Positions 35,850-46,018 of a stretch of DNA of 64,000 nt are shown here, piece by piece. Location of the stretch: the NCBI GenBank assembly GCA_045638945.1, contig JAZUCF010000009.1, positions 4,588 to 68,587 of the forward strand. The letters are read 5' to 3'. The position numbers and the translations under genes were made by a program. Origin of the DNA: Clostridia bacterium (GTDB lineage: Bacteria > Bacillota > Clostridia > UMGS1883). A model generated the notes under the pieces. That model did no database searches, was not told the DNA's origin, and was given only the letters and a program-made list of their open reading frames with translations. Positions within the stretch are counted from its first letter, which is position 1, and each line of letters starts with the position of its first letter.

Positions 35850-37793
35850 TTAAAGCACCTCTTTCCTCAGTCTCTTTATTCTGTCGCGGATTTTTGCCGC
35901 ATCCTCAAAGCGAAGCTCCTCCGCGGCAATACGCATTTCATTTTCAAGCTTGGAAAGTACCATTGCCGCATTGTTTTCTGGGGTTTCCTCCTCCAAGGCG
36001 GTAGTAGCCGCAATAACACCGCTTACAGCCTTTACAATGGTTTTGGGAACAATGCCGTGTTCTTCATTATATTTCTGCTGAATTTCACGGCGGCGGTTTG
36101 TTTCATCTATGGCACGCTTCATGGAATCGGTTATCCTGTCGGCATACATGATTACCTTTCCCTCGGCATTTCTGGCAGTTCTTCCTATGGTCTGAATAAG
36201 GGAGGTTTCACTTCTTAAAAAGCCTTCCTTATCAGCGTCAAGAATTGCGACCAGGGACACTTCGGGAATATCAAGACCTTCACGAAGAAGATTGATTCCT
36301 ACAAGCACGTCAAACACGCCAAGTCTTAAATCACGGACGATTTCAAGACGTTCCAGTGTTTCAACGTCCGAGTGCATATATTTAACCTTAATCCCCATAC
36401 TTCTGAGATAGTCGGTTAAATCCTCTGCCATTTTCTTTGTAAGGGTGGTAACAAGCACTCTTTCCTTTTTGTCCGCTCTGGTATAAATCTCCGTCAAAAG
36501 GTCATCAATCTGTCCTTCTATCGGGCGGACAAAAATTTCGGGGTCAAGAAGCCCCGTAGGTCTTATAAGCTGCTCTGCAACCGCACGTGAATTTTCATAT
36601 TCATATTGTGCAGGGGTGGCACTCACATAGATAACCTGATTAATACGCTGCTCAAATTCTTCAAAATTAAGGGGACGATTATCAAATGCCGAGGGCAGAC
36701 GAAAGCCGTATTTTACAAGGCTCTCCTTTCGGCTTCGGTCGCCTGCGTACATGGCACGCACCTGCGGAACGGTAACATGGCTCTCATCAATGACAAGCAA
36801 AAAATCATCGGGGAAGTAATCCATGAGGGTATAGGGAGCACTGCCCGGCTCTCTGCCGCTTATATGGCGGGAATAGTTTTCGATTCCGCTGCAAAAGCCA
36901 ATCTCACGCATCATTTCAATATCGTAGTTAGTGCGTTCTTCAAGCCTCTGTGCTTCCAAAAGGCGGTCGTTGTCACGAAGCTCTTTAAGCCTTACCTCAA
37001 GCTCTTTTCTGATTGAGGCTATGGCAATTTCACGTTTTTCAGGAGTGGTTACATAGTGGGAAGCAGGATATATTCCCACATGCTGCCTTACTCCCAGAAC
37101 CTCGCCCGTTAAAACATCAATTTCCGTTATGCGGTCTATTTCATCACCGAAAAATTCCACTCTTACCGCATTTTCATTACTGCTTATGGGGAATATTTCA
37201 AGCACATCTCCGCGGACACGGAATTTACCGCGGATAAAATTAATATCGTTACGCTCATACTGCATTTCAATAAGCTTTCTGATTACTTCATCACGGTCTT
37301 TCTGCATACCGGGGCGAAGAGAAATTACCATGGTGCTATAATCCTCCGGGTCTCCAAGACCGTAAATACAACTAACCGAGGCAACCACAATTACGTCACG
37401 CCTTTCAAAAAGTGCCATGGTGGCACTGTGGCGGAGCTTGTCAATCTCATCGTTTACCTGAGCGTCTTTTTCTATATAAGTATCACTGTGGGCAATATAT
37501 GCCTCCGGCTGATAATAATCGTAGTAGGACACAAAATATTCTACTGCGTTCTCGGGGAAAAATTCCTTGAATTCACTGGAAAGCTGTGCCGCAAGTGTTT
37601 TATTATGGGCAAGCACCAATGTAGGCTTATTAATGCGTGCAATGGCATTTGCAACGGTAAAGGTTTTACCACTTCCCGTCACTCCCAAAAGCACCTGACC
37701 GCGGTTTCCGCTCTGTATGCTTTCCACAAGCTTGTCTATAGCCTGCGGCTGATCGCCCGTGGGCTTAAAATCCGATACAAGCTTAAAATTCAT
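35850..37793 (-). CDS. uvrB: excinuclease ABC subunit B
   Basis: [10 protein letters not shown] Walker A, DESH box, and a C-terminal UVR domain ([17 protein letters not shown]). Abuts uvrA. Confidence 0.98.
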   Translation of the reverse strand: MNFKLVSDFKPTGDQPQAIDKLVESIQSGNRGQVLLGVTGSGKTFTVANAIARINKPTLVLAHNKTLAAQLSSEFKEFFPENAVEYFVSYYDYYQPEAYIAHSDTYIEKDAQVNDEIDKLRHSATMALFERRDVIVVASVSCIYGLGDPEDYSTMVISLRPGMQKDRDEVIRKLIEMQYERNDINFIRGKFRVRGDVLEIFPISSNENAVRVEFFGDEIDRITEIDVLTGEVLGVRQHVGIYPASHYVTTPEKREIAIASIRKELEVRLKELRDNDRLLEAQRLEERTNYDIEMMREIGFCSGIENYSRHISGREPGSAPYTLMDYFPDDFLLVIDESHVTVPQVRAMYAGDRSRKESLVKYGFRLPSAFDNRPLNFEEFEQRINQVIYVSATPAQYEYENSRAVAEQLIRPTGLLDPEIFVRPIEGQIDDLLTEIYTRADKKERVLVTTLTKKMAEDLTDYLRSMGIKVKYMHSDVETLERLEIVRDLRLGVFDVLVGINLLREGLDIPEVSLVAILDADKEGFLRSETSLIQTIGRTARNAEGKVIMYADRITDSMKRAIDETNRRREIQQKYNEEHGIVPKTIVKAVSGVIAATTALEEETPENNAAMVLSKLENEMRIAAEELRFEDAAKIRDRIKRLRKEVL

Positions 37794-37892
37794 AAATATT
37801 TCCCCTCCTTCGTTTTGGTCATTAGGTCATTATATTATTTTACACTAAACAGAAAAATATTTCAACCGGTAAAAGAAGGTTTTTTAATAAAT

Positions 37893-37918
37893 AAAGGATG
37901 CATTTTCTTGCATCCTTT
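37893..37918 (-). terminator. stem-loop after the EamA gene
   Basis: AAAGGATGCA-ttttct-TGCATCCTTT. The minus-sense tail is ATTTATT. Confidence 0.5.
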
Positions 37919-37923
37919 GTTTA

Positions 37924-38796
37924 TTATTCACTTTGCCTGCTCAATACAAACACAGAACTAAGTATCAATGTTATACCCACCGCAGGTAACGGCAATAAAT
38001 CCTCTCCGAGAAACGCCACGCTTAATAGCGTAGCCGACATAGGTTCGAGTATCGCAAGTGAAGATGCCGTCCCCGCGGGAATTGTTTTAAGTGCACAGGA
38101 ATAGCACAGATAAGGCATCACGCTCGTACACAATCCCAAAAGAATCGCAAGCGGAATTGTATAACGAATATTTTCCGCTATACATACAGGAATCTGTCCT
38201 ACATTTGCCGTTAATGCCCCTATTGCCGAAGCAAACAAAAATCCATACAAATTTGCCGTTATGGGGTTTATCCCCTTTTTCATCTGTATTTTTGTAAGAA
38301 TGTTATATGCACTGTAGCAAAGTCCTGACAATAGCCCAAACACTATTCCCACAGCATCAAATCTGAAACCGCCTATTATTCCCGAAACAAGGCAGCATCC
38401 CAAAAGCATAAATACCACGCAGAAGGTTTTCGCCTTTGTCAATTTTTCTCCCAAAAAAAGCACCGAGTATATCATAACAAAAATCGGTGCCGTATACATA
38501 AGCACAACGGCAGTGGATACAGAGCTTTTCACCATTGAATAAAAGTAACAGCTTGCCGTACCGAAAAATGCAAGTCCGCTTCCCAACGTCAAAAGCAAAT
38601 GAGGAAACGAAATTTTAAAAAGACCTCTGTCGCAGATTAAGACATATAAAAGCATGGAAGCAAGCATTGCCAGCGAGCGTAAAAAAGTCATATGCAGGGA
38701 CGTGAATCCCAAAGGCGAAAGACAATCCACAAAAATGCCCGATGTTCCCCAACCTATACTTGCGGCAACAATGCATATAAGTGCCGATTTTTTCAT
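37924..38796 (-). CDS. DMT/EamA-family transporter
   Basis: 290 aa, about 10 TM segments, and a duplicated EamA-like architecture. Confidence 0.85.
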   Translation of the reverse strand: MKKSALICIVAASIGWGTSGIFVDCLSPLGFTSLHMTFLRSLAMLASMLLYVLICDRGLFKISFPHLLLTLGSGLAFFGTASCYFYSMVKSSVSTAVVLMYTAPIFVMIYSVLFLGEKLTKAKTFCVVFMLLGCCLVSGIIGGFRFDAVGIVFGLLSGLCYSAYNILTKIQMKKGINPITANLYGFLFASAIGALTANVGQIPVCIAENIRYTIPLAILLGLCTSVMPYLCYSCALKTIPAGTASSLAILEPMSATLLSVAFLGEDLLPLPAVGITLILSSVFVLSRQSE

Positions 38797-38813
38797 TTGT
38801 AATCACTTCCGAA

Positions 38814-39737
38814 TTAAACAGAATATAGCCACACAAGCACAGGCATTGTAGCAATACACACAACCGTGGTGATAATATTAATTGCAACAGAGTACTCAAT
38901 CTCAGTATTATACACCTGAGCAAATTGCATCATCATTGCTGCCGAGGGTGTCATAGTGGCAAGAAAAGTAACCAAGAGTATCTCTGAGGCATTTTCAACA
39001 GGAATGTAAGGAAGCACACCGCGGAGCAATAAGAGGATTATAAAAGGACATATAACATTGCGCATAAGTGTCACCAGATAAAGCCTTTTGTTTGCCAGCA
39101 TTTTTTTAAAATTCATATCTGCGGCAGTCATTCCCGCTATGAGCATACCGATATTCCCTATCATCGTTCCCAGCGAGGAAGATAAATCACTGGCAAATTT
39201 CGGAAGTCTGATTCCGGTGATCATAAGCGTAGCACCAATCGCAATTGCAATAATGTTGGTGTTGAGCAGGATTTTCTTTAAATTAAACTTTTCCTGTTTT
39301 GAAAAGAGTGTTACACCCTGAGTCCATATTAGCACCAACTGAACCGATACATATGTACAGCTGTAAATTACCCACTCGTCTCCCAAAATAAACGCAACTA
39401 TGGGAATAATAAGATTTGCCGCATTGGAATAAATAATAGAGGCACGCTCAACAGGGGTTCCGTGAAAAATCTTCTTGTAAAGAAAATCAATAATAAGCAG
39501 TATTATATGAATCACAACCGCTGCAATAAGTGAAAGCAAAATTCCTTCTACAATTTCATCGGTTATCTTCACATTAAATGCCGCTATAATATTTGCAGGC
39601 ATCAGAAGATACAGAGATATTTTTGAAAGCACTAATGAATCCGTACTTTTTACAACCTTTGCTTTAACAATAATAAAGCCTAAAAGCATTACCGCAAAAA
39701 GCTGCATAATTTTATAAAGTAATAACTGGGGTATCAT
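38814..39737 (-). CDS. AEC (auxin efflux carrier / Mem_trans) family transporter
   Basis: 307 aa polytopic protein. The N-terminus reads MIPQLLLYKIMQLFAVMLLGFIIVK, typical of AEC family proteins. Confidence 0.8.
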   Translation of the reverse strand: MIPQLLLYKIMQLFAVMLLGFIIVKAKVVKSTDSLVLSKISLYLLMPANIIAAFNVKITDEIVEGILLSLIAAVVIHIILLIIDFLYKKIFHGTPVERASIIYSNAANLIIPIVAFILGDEWVIYSCTYVSVQLVLIWTQGVTLFSKQEKFNLKKILLNTNIIAIAIGATLMITGIRLPKFASDLSSSLGTMIGNIGMLIAGMTAADMNFKKMLANKRLYLVTLMRNVICPFIILLLLRGVLPYIPVENASEILLVTFLATMTPSAAMMMQFAQVYNTEIEYSVAINIITTVVCIATMPVLVWLYSV

Positions 39738-39754
39738 CGTTTTGCTCCTTTTCT

Positions 39755-40396
39755 TTATACGTTTTCGCCTAAAGCCGTCCGAAGCTCTTTCAAATGGCTA
39801 TCCTCGCTGTAAAGTGTCACATTCCACTTTTTGTTCTCATATTCAAGCACTGTTACTGAGGCATTTGTTGCCCAGGGGAGGTCTCTCATTTTCGCAAGCG
39901 ATCCGTGAAGAATAAGGCTCACCGCCACACTTATGGGGGTGGCATGGGTTGTGATTGCTACAGTTTTTCCGTCGTTTGCTTCGGCAATTTCAGTAAGAAT
40001 CCCCATAATTCTTTCCCCAACTTCCTTCATTGACTCCCCTTCAACTCCGGGAAATTCGCCAATATTCTTAACCCAGATATCATATTCTTTGGGATTAGCT
40101 TTTGCCAGACTGTCAAATTTAATGCCCTCCCATTTTCCTCCGTCAATTTCACGAAGCCTTTTTTCGGGAATGATTTCCATATCAAGAAGCCTTGCAAGGC
40201 TCTCTCCCGTCCTGTACGCCCTTTTAAGGTCGCTGGAATAAATTTTATCCACGCTGTAGTTTTCAGAAACGTATTTGGCAGTAAGCTCTGCCTGCATTAC
40301 TCCTCTTTCCTCCAAATCCGGGTTAATCTGCCCTGCAAACACATTCATCCTGTTAGCCTGGCTTTCACCGTGTCTTATTAAAATTAATGTAGTCAT
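39755..40396 (-). CDS. histidine phosphatase family protein (phosphoglycerate-mutase-like)
   Basis: LIRHGESQAN (RHG catalytic motif) and a downstream TTHATPI His motif. Confidence 0.88.
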   Translation of the reverse strand: MTTLILIRHGESQANRMNVFAGQINPDLEERGVMQAELTAKYVSENYSVDKIYSSDLKRAYRTGESLARLLDMEIIPEKRLREIDGGKWEGIKFDSLAKANPKEYDIWVKNIGEFPGVEGESMKEVGERIMGILTEIAEANDGKTVAITTHATPISVAVSLILHGSLAKMRDLPWATNASVTVLEYENKKWNVTLYSEDSHLKELRTALGENV

Positions 40397-40464
40397 GTTG
40401 ATTCACCTCGTCAATGTGATATTAGGTATAGATTTGTGCATAATATCTATTATACATCTTATTC

Positions 40465-40507
40465 AAAAAAATGACAACCTCTGCAACGCAGAAATTGTCA
40501 TTTTTTT
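40465..40507. terminator. bidirectional terminator
   Basis: AAAAAAATGACAA-cctCTGCaacGCAGaaa-TTGTCATTTTTTT. Confidence 0.8.
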
Positions 40508-40508
40508 G

Positions 40509-40637
40509 TTATTTGGAGTTTTCTCCGCCGGGTCCGTCCCTGCGGTCTTTTTCGTCAGCAGGGCGGGTTATGCCCGTTGAAACCCAACGATTATCGGTTG
40601 CTGTTTTATCTTTTTCCTTTTTTTCGTTATCTGTCAT
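40509..40637 (-). CDS. unannotated small ORF, 42 aa, hydrophilic (MTDNEKKEKDKTATDNRWVSTGITRPADEKDRRDGPGGENSK)
   Basis: Not in the ORF track because it is under 60 aa. SD GAGGTGG lies 5 nt before ATG 40637. The stop TAA (40511-40509) is followed immediately by the terminator at 40465-40507. Confidence 0.5.
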   Translation of the reverse strand: MTDNEKKEKDKTATDNRWVSTGITRPADEKDRRDGPGGENSK

Positions 40638-40693
40638 TTCTACCACCTCTGTGATAGTATGACACATTCAAAAAAATTTATTATTCCTTTTTA

Positions 40694-41575
40694 TTAAATA
40701 TCCACACCGAGGAAGTTCTTTGCAAGGATTCCCACGAAGAAGGAAAGCACAGCAACGCCTATACTGATAAGTGCCATTTCAAGAAACCCTCTGCGGAATT
40801 TTTCGTCCTTTGCCACGCTTATGTAATAGGTGAAGCCTGCTATAATAAGAATTACCACTGCCAGCATACAAATCAGTGCGGGTAAAAATTGATTTGCGGG
40901 GAAAAGCAAATAGGGAAGCACCAGAAAAGCAACCGTAAGCAAGTACGCTATTCCTGTATAAGTACAGGATTTAAAGGCATCCGTTCTTCCTTCGCTTCGT
41001 GCTGACAAAAATTCGCTTGCCGCCATAGAAAATGTAGCAGATATGCCTACAATAAGCCCCGAAAGCGCAATGAGTCTTGTATTCTGCATGGCAAACGTAA
41101 ATCCTGCAAGGGAGCCTGTAAGCTCAACCAAGGCGTCATTCATACCCAGCACCATGCTTCCCACATACTGAAGCCTTTCCTCGTCAAGCATGGAAAGAAG
41201 TGCTTTTTCATGCTCCTCCTCCTGGCTTCTTATTCTTACGCTTTCCTCAACCTCGTCTTTGAGAAAATCATATTCTGTCTGGGCGTTCTCCTCTCCACGT
41301 TCCATAAGCTTCACCGCAAAGGTAAATCCTAAAAGCCGTGCAATAAGGCTGTACCTAAACACTTTGAATTTCTGCGGTTTCATTTCGATTCCCGTATAGC
41401 TTTTCCATATTTCGTAATGTGCCTTTTCCTCTGCCGCCAATCGGTTAAGAGTTTTCTTATTTTCTTCACCCTTGGCAAAGCGTGCAATCTTAGCATAAAT
41501 TACGCTTTCAGTAAGCTCGCTTTGCTGCATTTTTTTAATAATTTCAAGGGCTTTTTTTGAAATCTGTTTTATCAT
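40694..41575 (-). CDS. VIT1/CCC1-family iron/manganese transporter with N-terminal ferritin-like domain
   Basis: N-terminal ERGEENAQTEY/EEEHEKAL ferritin-like helices and a C-terminal 5-TM VIT1 region. Confidence 0.85.
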   Translation of the reverse strand: MIKQISKKALEIIKKMQQSELTESVIYAKIARFAKGEENKKTLNRLAAEEKAHYEIWKSYTGIEMKPQKFKVFRYSLIARLLGFTFAVKLMERGEENAQTEYDFLKDEVEESVRIRSQEEEHEKALLSMLDEERLQYVGSMVLGMNDALVELTGSLAGFTFAMQNTRLIALSGLIVGISATFSMAASEFLSARSEGRTDAFKSCTYTGIAYLLTVAFLVLPYLLFPANQFLPALICMLAVVILIIAGFTYYISVAKDEKFRRGFLEMALISIGVAVLSFFVGILAKNFLGVDI

Positions 41576-41617
41576 ATGTATCCACTTCCTTTAATTCTAT
41601 TATAACCATAAAAAGGA

Positions 41618-41659
41618 AAAAAGACAATACAGTTTTTGCAAAAACTGTATTGTCTTTTT
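41618..41659. terminator. terminator after the Ldh_2 gene
   Basis: AAAAAGACAATACAGTTTTT-gc-AAAAACTGTATTGTCTTTTT. Confidence 0.8.
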
Positions 41660-41667
41660 AGTTACAT

Positions 41668-42798
41668 TTACATATCATAAGAGCTTTGACGAAGAGTTAG
41701 CTTTTCAGCTTCCTCGCCAAGATATTCCTTAACGTCCATGTTAAGATAATTACACAAATCTACCATTTCGGCAACGGTATTGATATTTACATCTATGCCG
41801 TTTTTAAGTCTGTCCTCATATGCAATAACCTCTTTTTCGCCGTGGGTATAAATTCTTTCTGCACCCTCTGCCTTGGGAGCCTCACGAAGCTCACGAAGAA
41901 GAGTCGAAAGATGTTCACGTATTGCGTCCGCATCACCAAATACCGCAGGGTTAATCGCAATAAATCCGTGACAGGTGCCTCCCTTTCCTCCGATATGGGT
42001 GTGGTTTGAGGTGAGTCCCATTGACAATATGGAAGTGAAGATTTCACAAAACATTCCGTAGCCGTATCCCTTATGACCGCCGCTCTGCTCAATTTCACCG
42101 CCAAGGGGCATAATTCCGCCGCCGGCCTTTGCAACAATATTTTTAAGTACGTCGCTTGCATCAGATGTTCCCTTACCATTCTTGTCAAGTGCCCAGCCGT
42201 CGGGGAGGGGTTTCTGAAGCTTATTATAAATTTCAAGCTTTCCGCGTGTAACAACCGTTGTCGATGCATCAAAGAAGAAATCATAAGGCTCCGCAGGCAT
42301 TGCTATAGCAATCGGGTTGCTGCCCAGCATTGCCTTTCTGCTGAAGGTCGGCACCATAATCGCCTCGGAATTTGTCATGGACATTCCGATAAGCCCTTCC
42401 TTGCAAGCCATTTTTGCATAGTAGCCCGCAATTCCGTAATGGTTGGAATTACGCACTGTAACTACTGCCATACCAGTTGTCTTTGCCTTTTCGATAGCAA
42501 TTTCCATTGCCTTATGTCCTAAAAGCTGACCCATTCCGTCATTACCCTCGATAACTGCCGATACGGGTGTTTCAAAAACGATTTCAGGCTTTGCATCCAC
42601 TTTAATAAGACCCTTTTCGATACCCTTGTGGTAACGAACAAGTCTTTGCATTCCGTGGGACTCAATTCCGTAAAGGTCGCTTGTCAAAAGTACATCTACA
42701 ATAATTTCGCACTCTTTTTCGTTAAATCCGAACTTTAAAAATGCATCTGTACAGAACTTTTTGAGTTGTTCATAAGAATAATTGATACTGTTTCCCAT
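41668..42798 (-). CDS. Ldh_2 family (malate/L-lactate/ureidoglycolate-type) NAD(P)H oxidoreductase
   Basis: GIESHGMQRL, NSNHYGIAGYY and GGHKGYGYGM are typical Ldh_2 motifs. Confidence 0.85.
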   Translation of the reverse strand: MGNSINYSYEQLKKFCTDAFLKFGFNEKECEIIVDVLLTSDLYGIESHGMQRLVRYHKGIEKGLIKVDAKPEIVFETPVSAVIEGNDGMGQLLGHKAMEIAIEKAKTTGMAVVTVRNSNHYGIAGYYAKMACKEGLIGMSMTNSEAIMVPTFSRKAMLGSNPIAIAMPAEPYDFFFDASTTVVTRGKLEIYNKLQKPLPDGWALDKNGKGTSDASDVLKNIVAKAGGGIMPLGGEIEQSGGHKGYGYGMFCEIFTSILSMGLTSNHTHIGGKGGTCHGFIAINPAVFGDADAIREHLSTLLRELREAPKAEGAERIYTHGEKEVIAYEDRLKNGIDVNINTVAEMVDLCNYLNMDVKEYLGEEAEKLTLRQSSYDM

Positions 42799-42979
42799 TT
42801 TCTTTTCCTCCGATTACTATGTAATATAATTTCCGCTTAAGTATATTGTAGCATCGATAAAAGAAAAAGACAATCCTTTCCAAAAAAGAATTGCCTTATA
42901 TACATAAAAAAGTTCATTTTTTACAGGATGTGCGTTTTTTACAATACATTTTTTCTTTATTTTTGATTGATATTATATG

Positions 42980-43008
42980 TTGACTTTTTTCTGAAATTAG
43001 AGTATAGT
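42980..43008 (+). promoter_or_regulatory. candidate sigma-A promoter of the uracil permease-upp operon
   Basis: TTGACT (42980-42985), 17 nt spacer, TATAGT (43003-43008). Confidence 0.55.
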
Positions 43009-43085
43009 TAAATTTAGGTGGAAATGTCGCATTTTGCAAAACTTCCACTACAAAAAATATAATAATTTAAGGGGGAAATTCACAA

Positions 43086-44429
43086 ATGAAACTAGTTTAC
43101 AATGTAAACGACAAACCCAAGTTCGGTCAAATTCTGATTTTTGCATTCCAGCAATTGCTTGCAATTCTGGCGGCAACAATCGCAGTGCCTTCCATTATCG
43201 GTAACGGAATGTCCCAGTCTGCGGCACTTTTCGGTGCAGGTGCAGGTACACTTATTTATCAGCTTTTCACAAAGTTCAAAAGCCCTGTTTTCCTTGGTTC
43301 TTCTTTTGCTTTCATCGGTTCCATGTTTGCAGCCTTTGCGGGCGCAGCATCTGCTGAAGCAGGATTCCTCGGACTTTTGATAGGTGCATTTTTCGCAGGT
43401 CTTGTTTATGTAGTTATCGCCCTTGTCGTTAAACTCGCAGGCGTTAACTGGATTTCAAAGCTTATGCCTGCTGTTGTTATCGGACCTACGGTTGCAATCA
43501 TCGGTCTTTCTCTTGCAGGAAATGCTGTAGGCGATGTTTTGAAATTTGCTTCTTATGATGCAGCTAACAGTGTTTATGTCATGGGCACACACGGTTGGGT
43601 AGGATTTATCTGTGCAATGGTAACAATCCTCACCGTTATTCTTTGCTCCGTATACGGAAAGAAGACTTTAAAGCTTATTCCCTTTATCATAGGTATCCTT
43701 GCAGGTTACGCAGTTGCGACTATTTTCACCTTAATCGGTATGAAGACAGGTAACGCATCTTTGCAGGTTATTAATTTCAGCGTATTTGAAAATATGCAGT
43801 GGTATCCCGATTTCACATTCATTAAAGCATTTAAAGGAATTAAAGATATTAACGCTGAGTATATAGCAACAATTGCGGTTGCGTATATCCCGGTTGCATT
43901 CGTTGTTTTTGCAGAACATATCGCAGACCATAAGAACCTTTCAAGCATTATTGAAAAAGATTTGCTTGAAGAACCCGGTCTCCACAGAACACTTCTTGGT
44001 GACGGTATCGGTTCCATTATCGGTGCACTTTTCGGCGGTTGCCCGAACACTACTTATGGCGAGTCTGTAGGTTGCGTAGCTATAACAAAGAACGCATCAG
44101 TTGTCACTATTTTAGCTACTGCAATTATTGCAATTATTGCTTCATTCGTAGCACCCTTTGTTACATTCCTCGCTACTATCCCCAACTGCGTTATGGGCGG
44201 TGTTTGTATTACGCTTTACGGATTCATTGCCGTATCAGGTCTTAAGATGCTCCAAAACGTAAATCTGAACAACAATAAAAACCTCTTTGTTGTATCTGTT
44301 ATTCTGATTACCGGTATCGGTGGTATGGCACTTCAAATCGGTGCAATTAAAATCACCTCTATCGCATGTGCACTTATTTTTGGTATCGTAGTAAATCTTC
44401 TCGTATCAAAAGCACCTGACCAGGAATAA
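43086..44429 (+). CDS. pyrP: uracil/xanthine permease (NCS2 family)
   Basis: 447 aa polytopic protein with [15 protein letters not shown] and [14 protein letters not shown]2 motifs. Followed directly by upp. Confidence 0.88.
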   Translation: MKLVYNVNDKPKFGQILIFAFQQLLAILAATIAVPSIIGNGMSQSAALFGAGAGTLIYQLFTKFKSPVFLGSSFAFIGSMFAAFAGAASAEAGFLGLLIGAFFAGLVYVVIALVVKLAGVNWISKLMPAVVIGPTVAIIGLSLAGNAVGDVLKFASYDAANSVYVMGTHGWVGFICAMVTILTVILCSVYGKKTLKLIPFIIGILAGYAVATIFTLIGMKTGNASLQVINFSVFENMQWYPDFTFIKAFKGIKDINAEYIATIAVAYIPVAFVVFAEHIADHKNLSSIIEKDLLEEPGLHRTLLGDGIGSIIGALFGGCPNTTYGESVGCVAITKNASVVTILATAIIAIIASFVAPFVTFLATIPNCVMGGVCITLYGFIAVSGLKMLQNVNLNNNKNLFVVSVILITGIGGMALQIGAIKITSIACALIFGIVVNLLVSKAPDQE

Positions 44430-44457
44430 TAACAGAAACAAGAACAGGAGAATTGTT

Positions 44458-45087
44458 ATGAAAAACGTCACAATTTTTGATCATCCGCTGATTCAGCATA
44501 AAACCACATTACTGAGAAAAACCTCTACAACGAATAAAGAATTCCGTGAGCTTGTGGAAGAAATAACAATGCTGATGTGCTATGAATCACTGCGTGATTT
44601 ACCGCTTGAGGATGTGGAGATTGAAACACCTATCACAAAAACCACACAAAAAATGATTAAAGGAAAGAAGCTCGCTGTGGTACCCATTCTCCGTGCAGGA
44701 CTGGGTATGGTGAACGGACTTTTAAGATTAGTTCCTTCTGCTAAAGTAGGACATATCGGAATGTACCGTGACGAGGAAACAATGATTCCCCATCCCTATT
44801 ACTGCAAGCTTCCCAAAGATATCGAAAGCAGACTTATAGTAGTTGTAGACCCTATGCTTGCAACAGGTGGAAGTGCCATTGATGCAATCAGCCAGATAAA
44901 AGCAGTGGGCGGATCAAATATTAAGTTCCTGTGCCTTATTGCGGCTCCCGAAGGAATAGAAGCACTTACAAAAGCACATCCCGATGTACAAATTTACTGT
45001 GCAAATGTAGATGAAAAGCTTAACGAAAAGTGCTATATCGTTCCCGGACTCGGTGATGCAGGAGACAGAATTTTCGGCACGAAATAA
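44458..45087 (+). CDS. upp: uracil phosphoribosyltransferase
   Basis: 209 aa with [28 protein letters not shown] (PRPP loop) and [17 protein letters not shown]. Confidence 0.97.
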   Translation: MKNVTIFDHPLIQHKTTLLRKTSTTNKEFRELVEEITMLMCYESLRDLPLEDVEIETPITKTTQKMIKGKKLAVVPILRAGLGMVNGLLRLVPSAKVGHIGMYRDEETMIPHPYYCKLPKDIESRLIVVVDPMLATGGSAIDAISQIKAVGGSNIKFLCLIAAPEGIEALTKAHPDVQIYCANVDEKLNEKCYIVPGLGDAGDRIFGTK

Positions 45088-45102
45088 AAATAAGGATATA
45101 TT

Positions 45103-45145
45103 AAAAAACAAAACAGGTGTGACGTCACACCTGTTTTGTTTTTTT
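45103..45145 (+). terminator. Rho-independent terminator after upp
   Basis: AAAAAACAAAACAGGTGTGAC/GTCACACCTGTTTTGTTTTTTT, a near-perfect long hairpin with a T-run. Confidence 0.88.
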
Positions 45146-45171
45146 AATATAATGGATAGTGGAGGTGTTAT

Positions 45172-45975
45172 ATGGATAACTATGTCTTTATGGCACTGCT
45201 TGCCACCCTTGGCACATGGTTTGTGACCGCACTGGGTGCGGCGACAGTTGCCTTTTTTAAATCTCCTAATCCTAAAATTTTAAATTTAATGCTGGGGTTT
45301 GCATCAGGGGTTATGATAGCGGCAAGCTTCTGGTCACTTCTTCAGCCTGCCATAGAACGGGCGGAGACGATTTCTGCTCTCCCCGCCTGGTTTGTTGCAA
45401 CAACAGGCTTTTTATTCGGAGCAATTTTTATGTGGCTTTCTGACAAAGCCGTTTCTTTTGCAAGAAGAAAAGCCGATAATGCTCAAGGAGAAACAAGTGA
45501 AAAGCTTAATCGCATTATCATGCTGATTCTTTCGATTACATTACACAATATCCCCGAAGGGCTTGCAGTGGGAGTTGCCTTTGGTGCATTGGGAAGCGGA
45601 AGCTTCAGCACAGAGGCACTGATGGGTGCAATCACCATTGCTGTGGGGATAGGACTTCAGAATTTCCCCGAAGGTGCGGCGGTTTCCCTACCACTTCGGC
45701 GTGAAGGCTATTCAAGAAAGCAAAGCTTCCTCTGCGGTCAGGCATCGGGAATGGTGGAGCCGTTTGCAGGAGTGTTGGGTGCATGGCTTGTGGTATATAT
45801 TGAGAAAATTCTTCCCTATGCCCTTTCCTTTGCCGCAGGTGCCATGATTTTGGTTGCAGTGCATGAGCTTATCCCTGAATGTCAGAGAGAAAGAAAATGC
45901 CATCCGTATTTTTCAACAATGGGAATTATATCGGGCTTTGCGGTGATGATGTTACTCGACGTAATGCTTGGATAA
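45172..45975 (+). CDS. ZIP-family divalent metal (zinc) transporter
   Basis: HNIPEGLAVG and QNFPEGAAVS signature pairs. 267 aa, about 8 TM segments. Confidence 0.88.
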   Translation: MDNYVFMALLATLGTWFVTALGAATVAFFKSPNPKILNLMLGFASGVMIAASFWSLLQPAIERAETISALPAWFVATTGFLFGAIFMWLSDKAVSFARRKADNAQGETSEKLNRIIMLILSITLHNIPEGLAVGVAFGALGSGSFSTEALMGAITIAVGIGLQNFPEGAAVSLPLRREGYSRKQSFLCGQASGMVEPFAGVLGAWLVVYIEKILPYALSFAAGAMILVAVHELIPECQRERKCHPYFSTMGIISGFAVMMLLDVMLG

Positions 45976-46018
45976 AATTAAGGCGTAAAAAAGCTCAGCT
46001 TTTTTACGCCTTAATTTT
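45974..46018. terminator. bidirectional terminator overlapping the 3' end of the RluA-family gene
   Basis: AAAATTAAGGCGTAAAAAAG-ctcag-CTTTTTTACGCCTTAATTTT. Confidence 0.85.

Noticed and set aside
40471-40662. A 63-aa plus-strand ORF in the gap between the histidine phosphatase and VIT1 genes.
   Set aside because: It has no SD and starts inside the bidirectional terminator. The opposite-strand 42-aa ORF, with a strong SD and a terminator, explains the region better.
43017-43048. A PyrR-type attenuator or riboswitch in the uracil permease leader (GTGGAA...TTCCAC hairpin with a TTTTGCAAAA palindrome).
   Set aside because: There is no PyrR binding-loop motif (ARUCCAGAGAGG-like). No terminator/antiterminator alternative and no U-tract follow the stem. 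Only a weak AT-rich hairpin is present.
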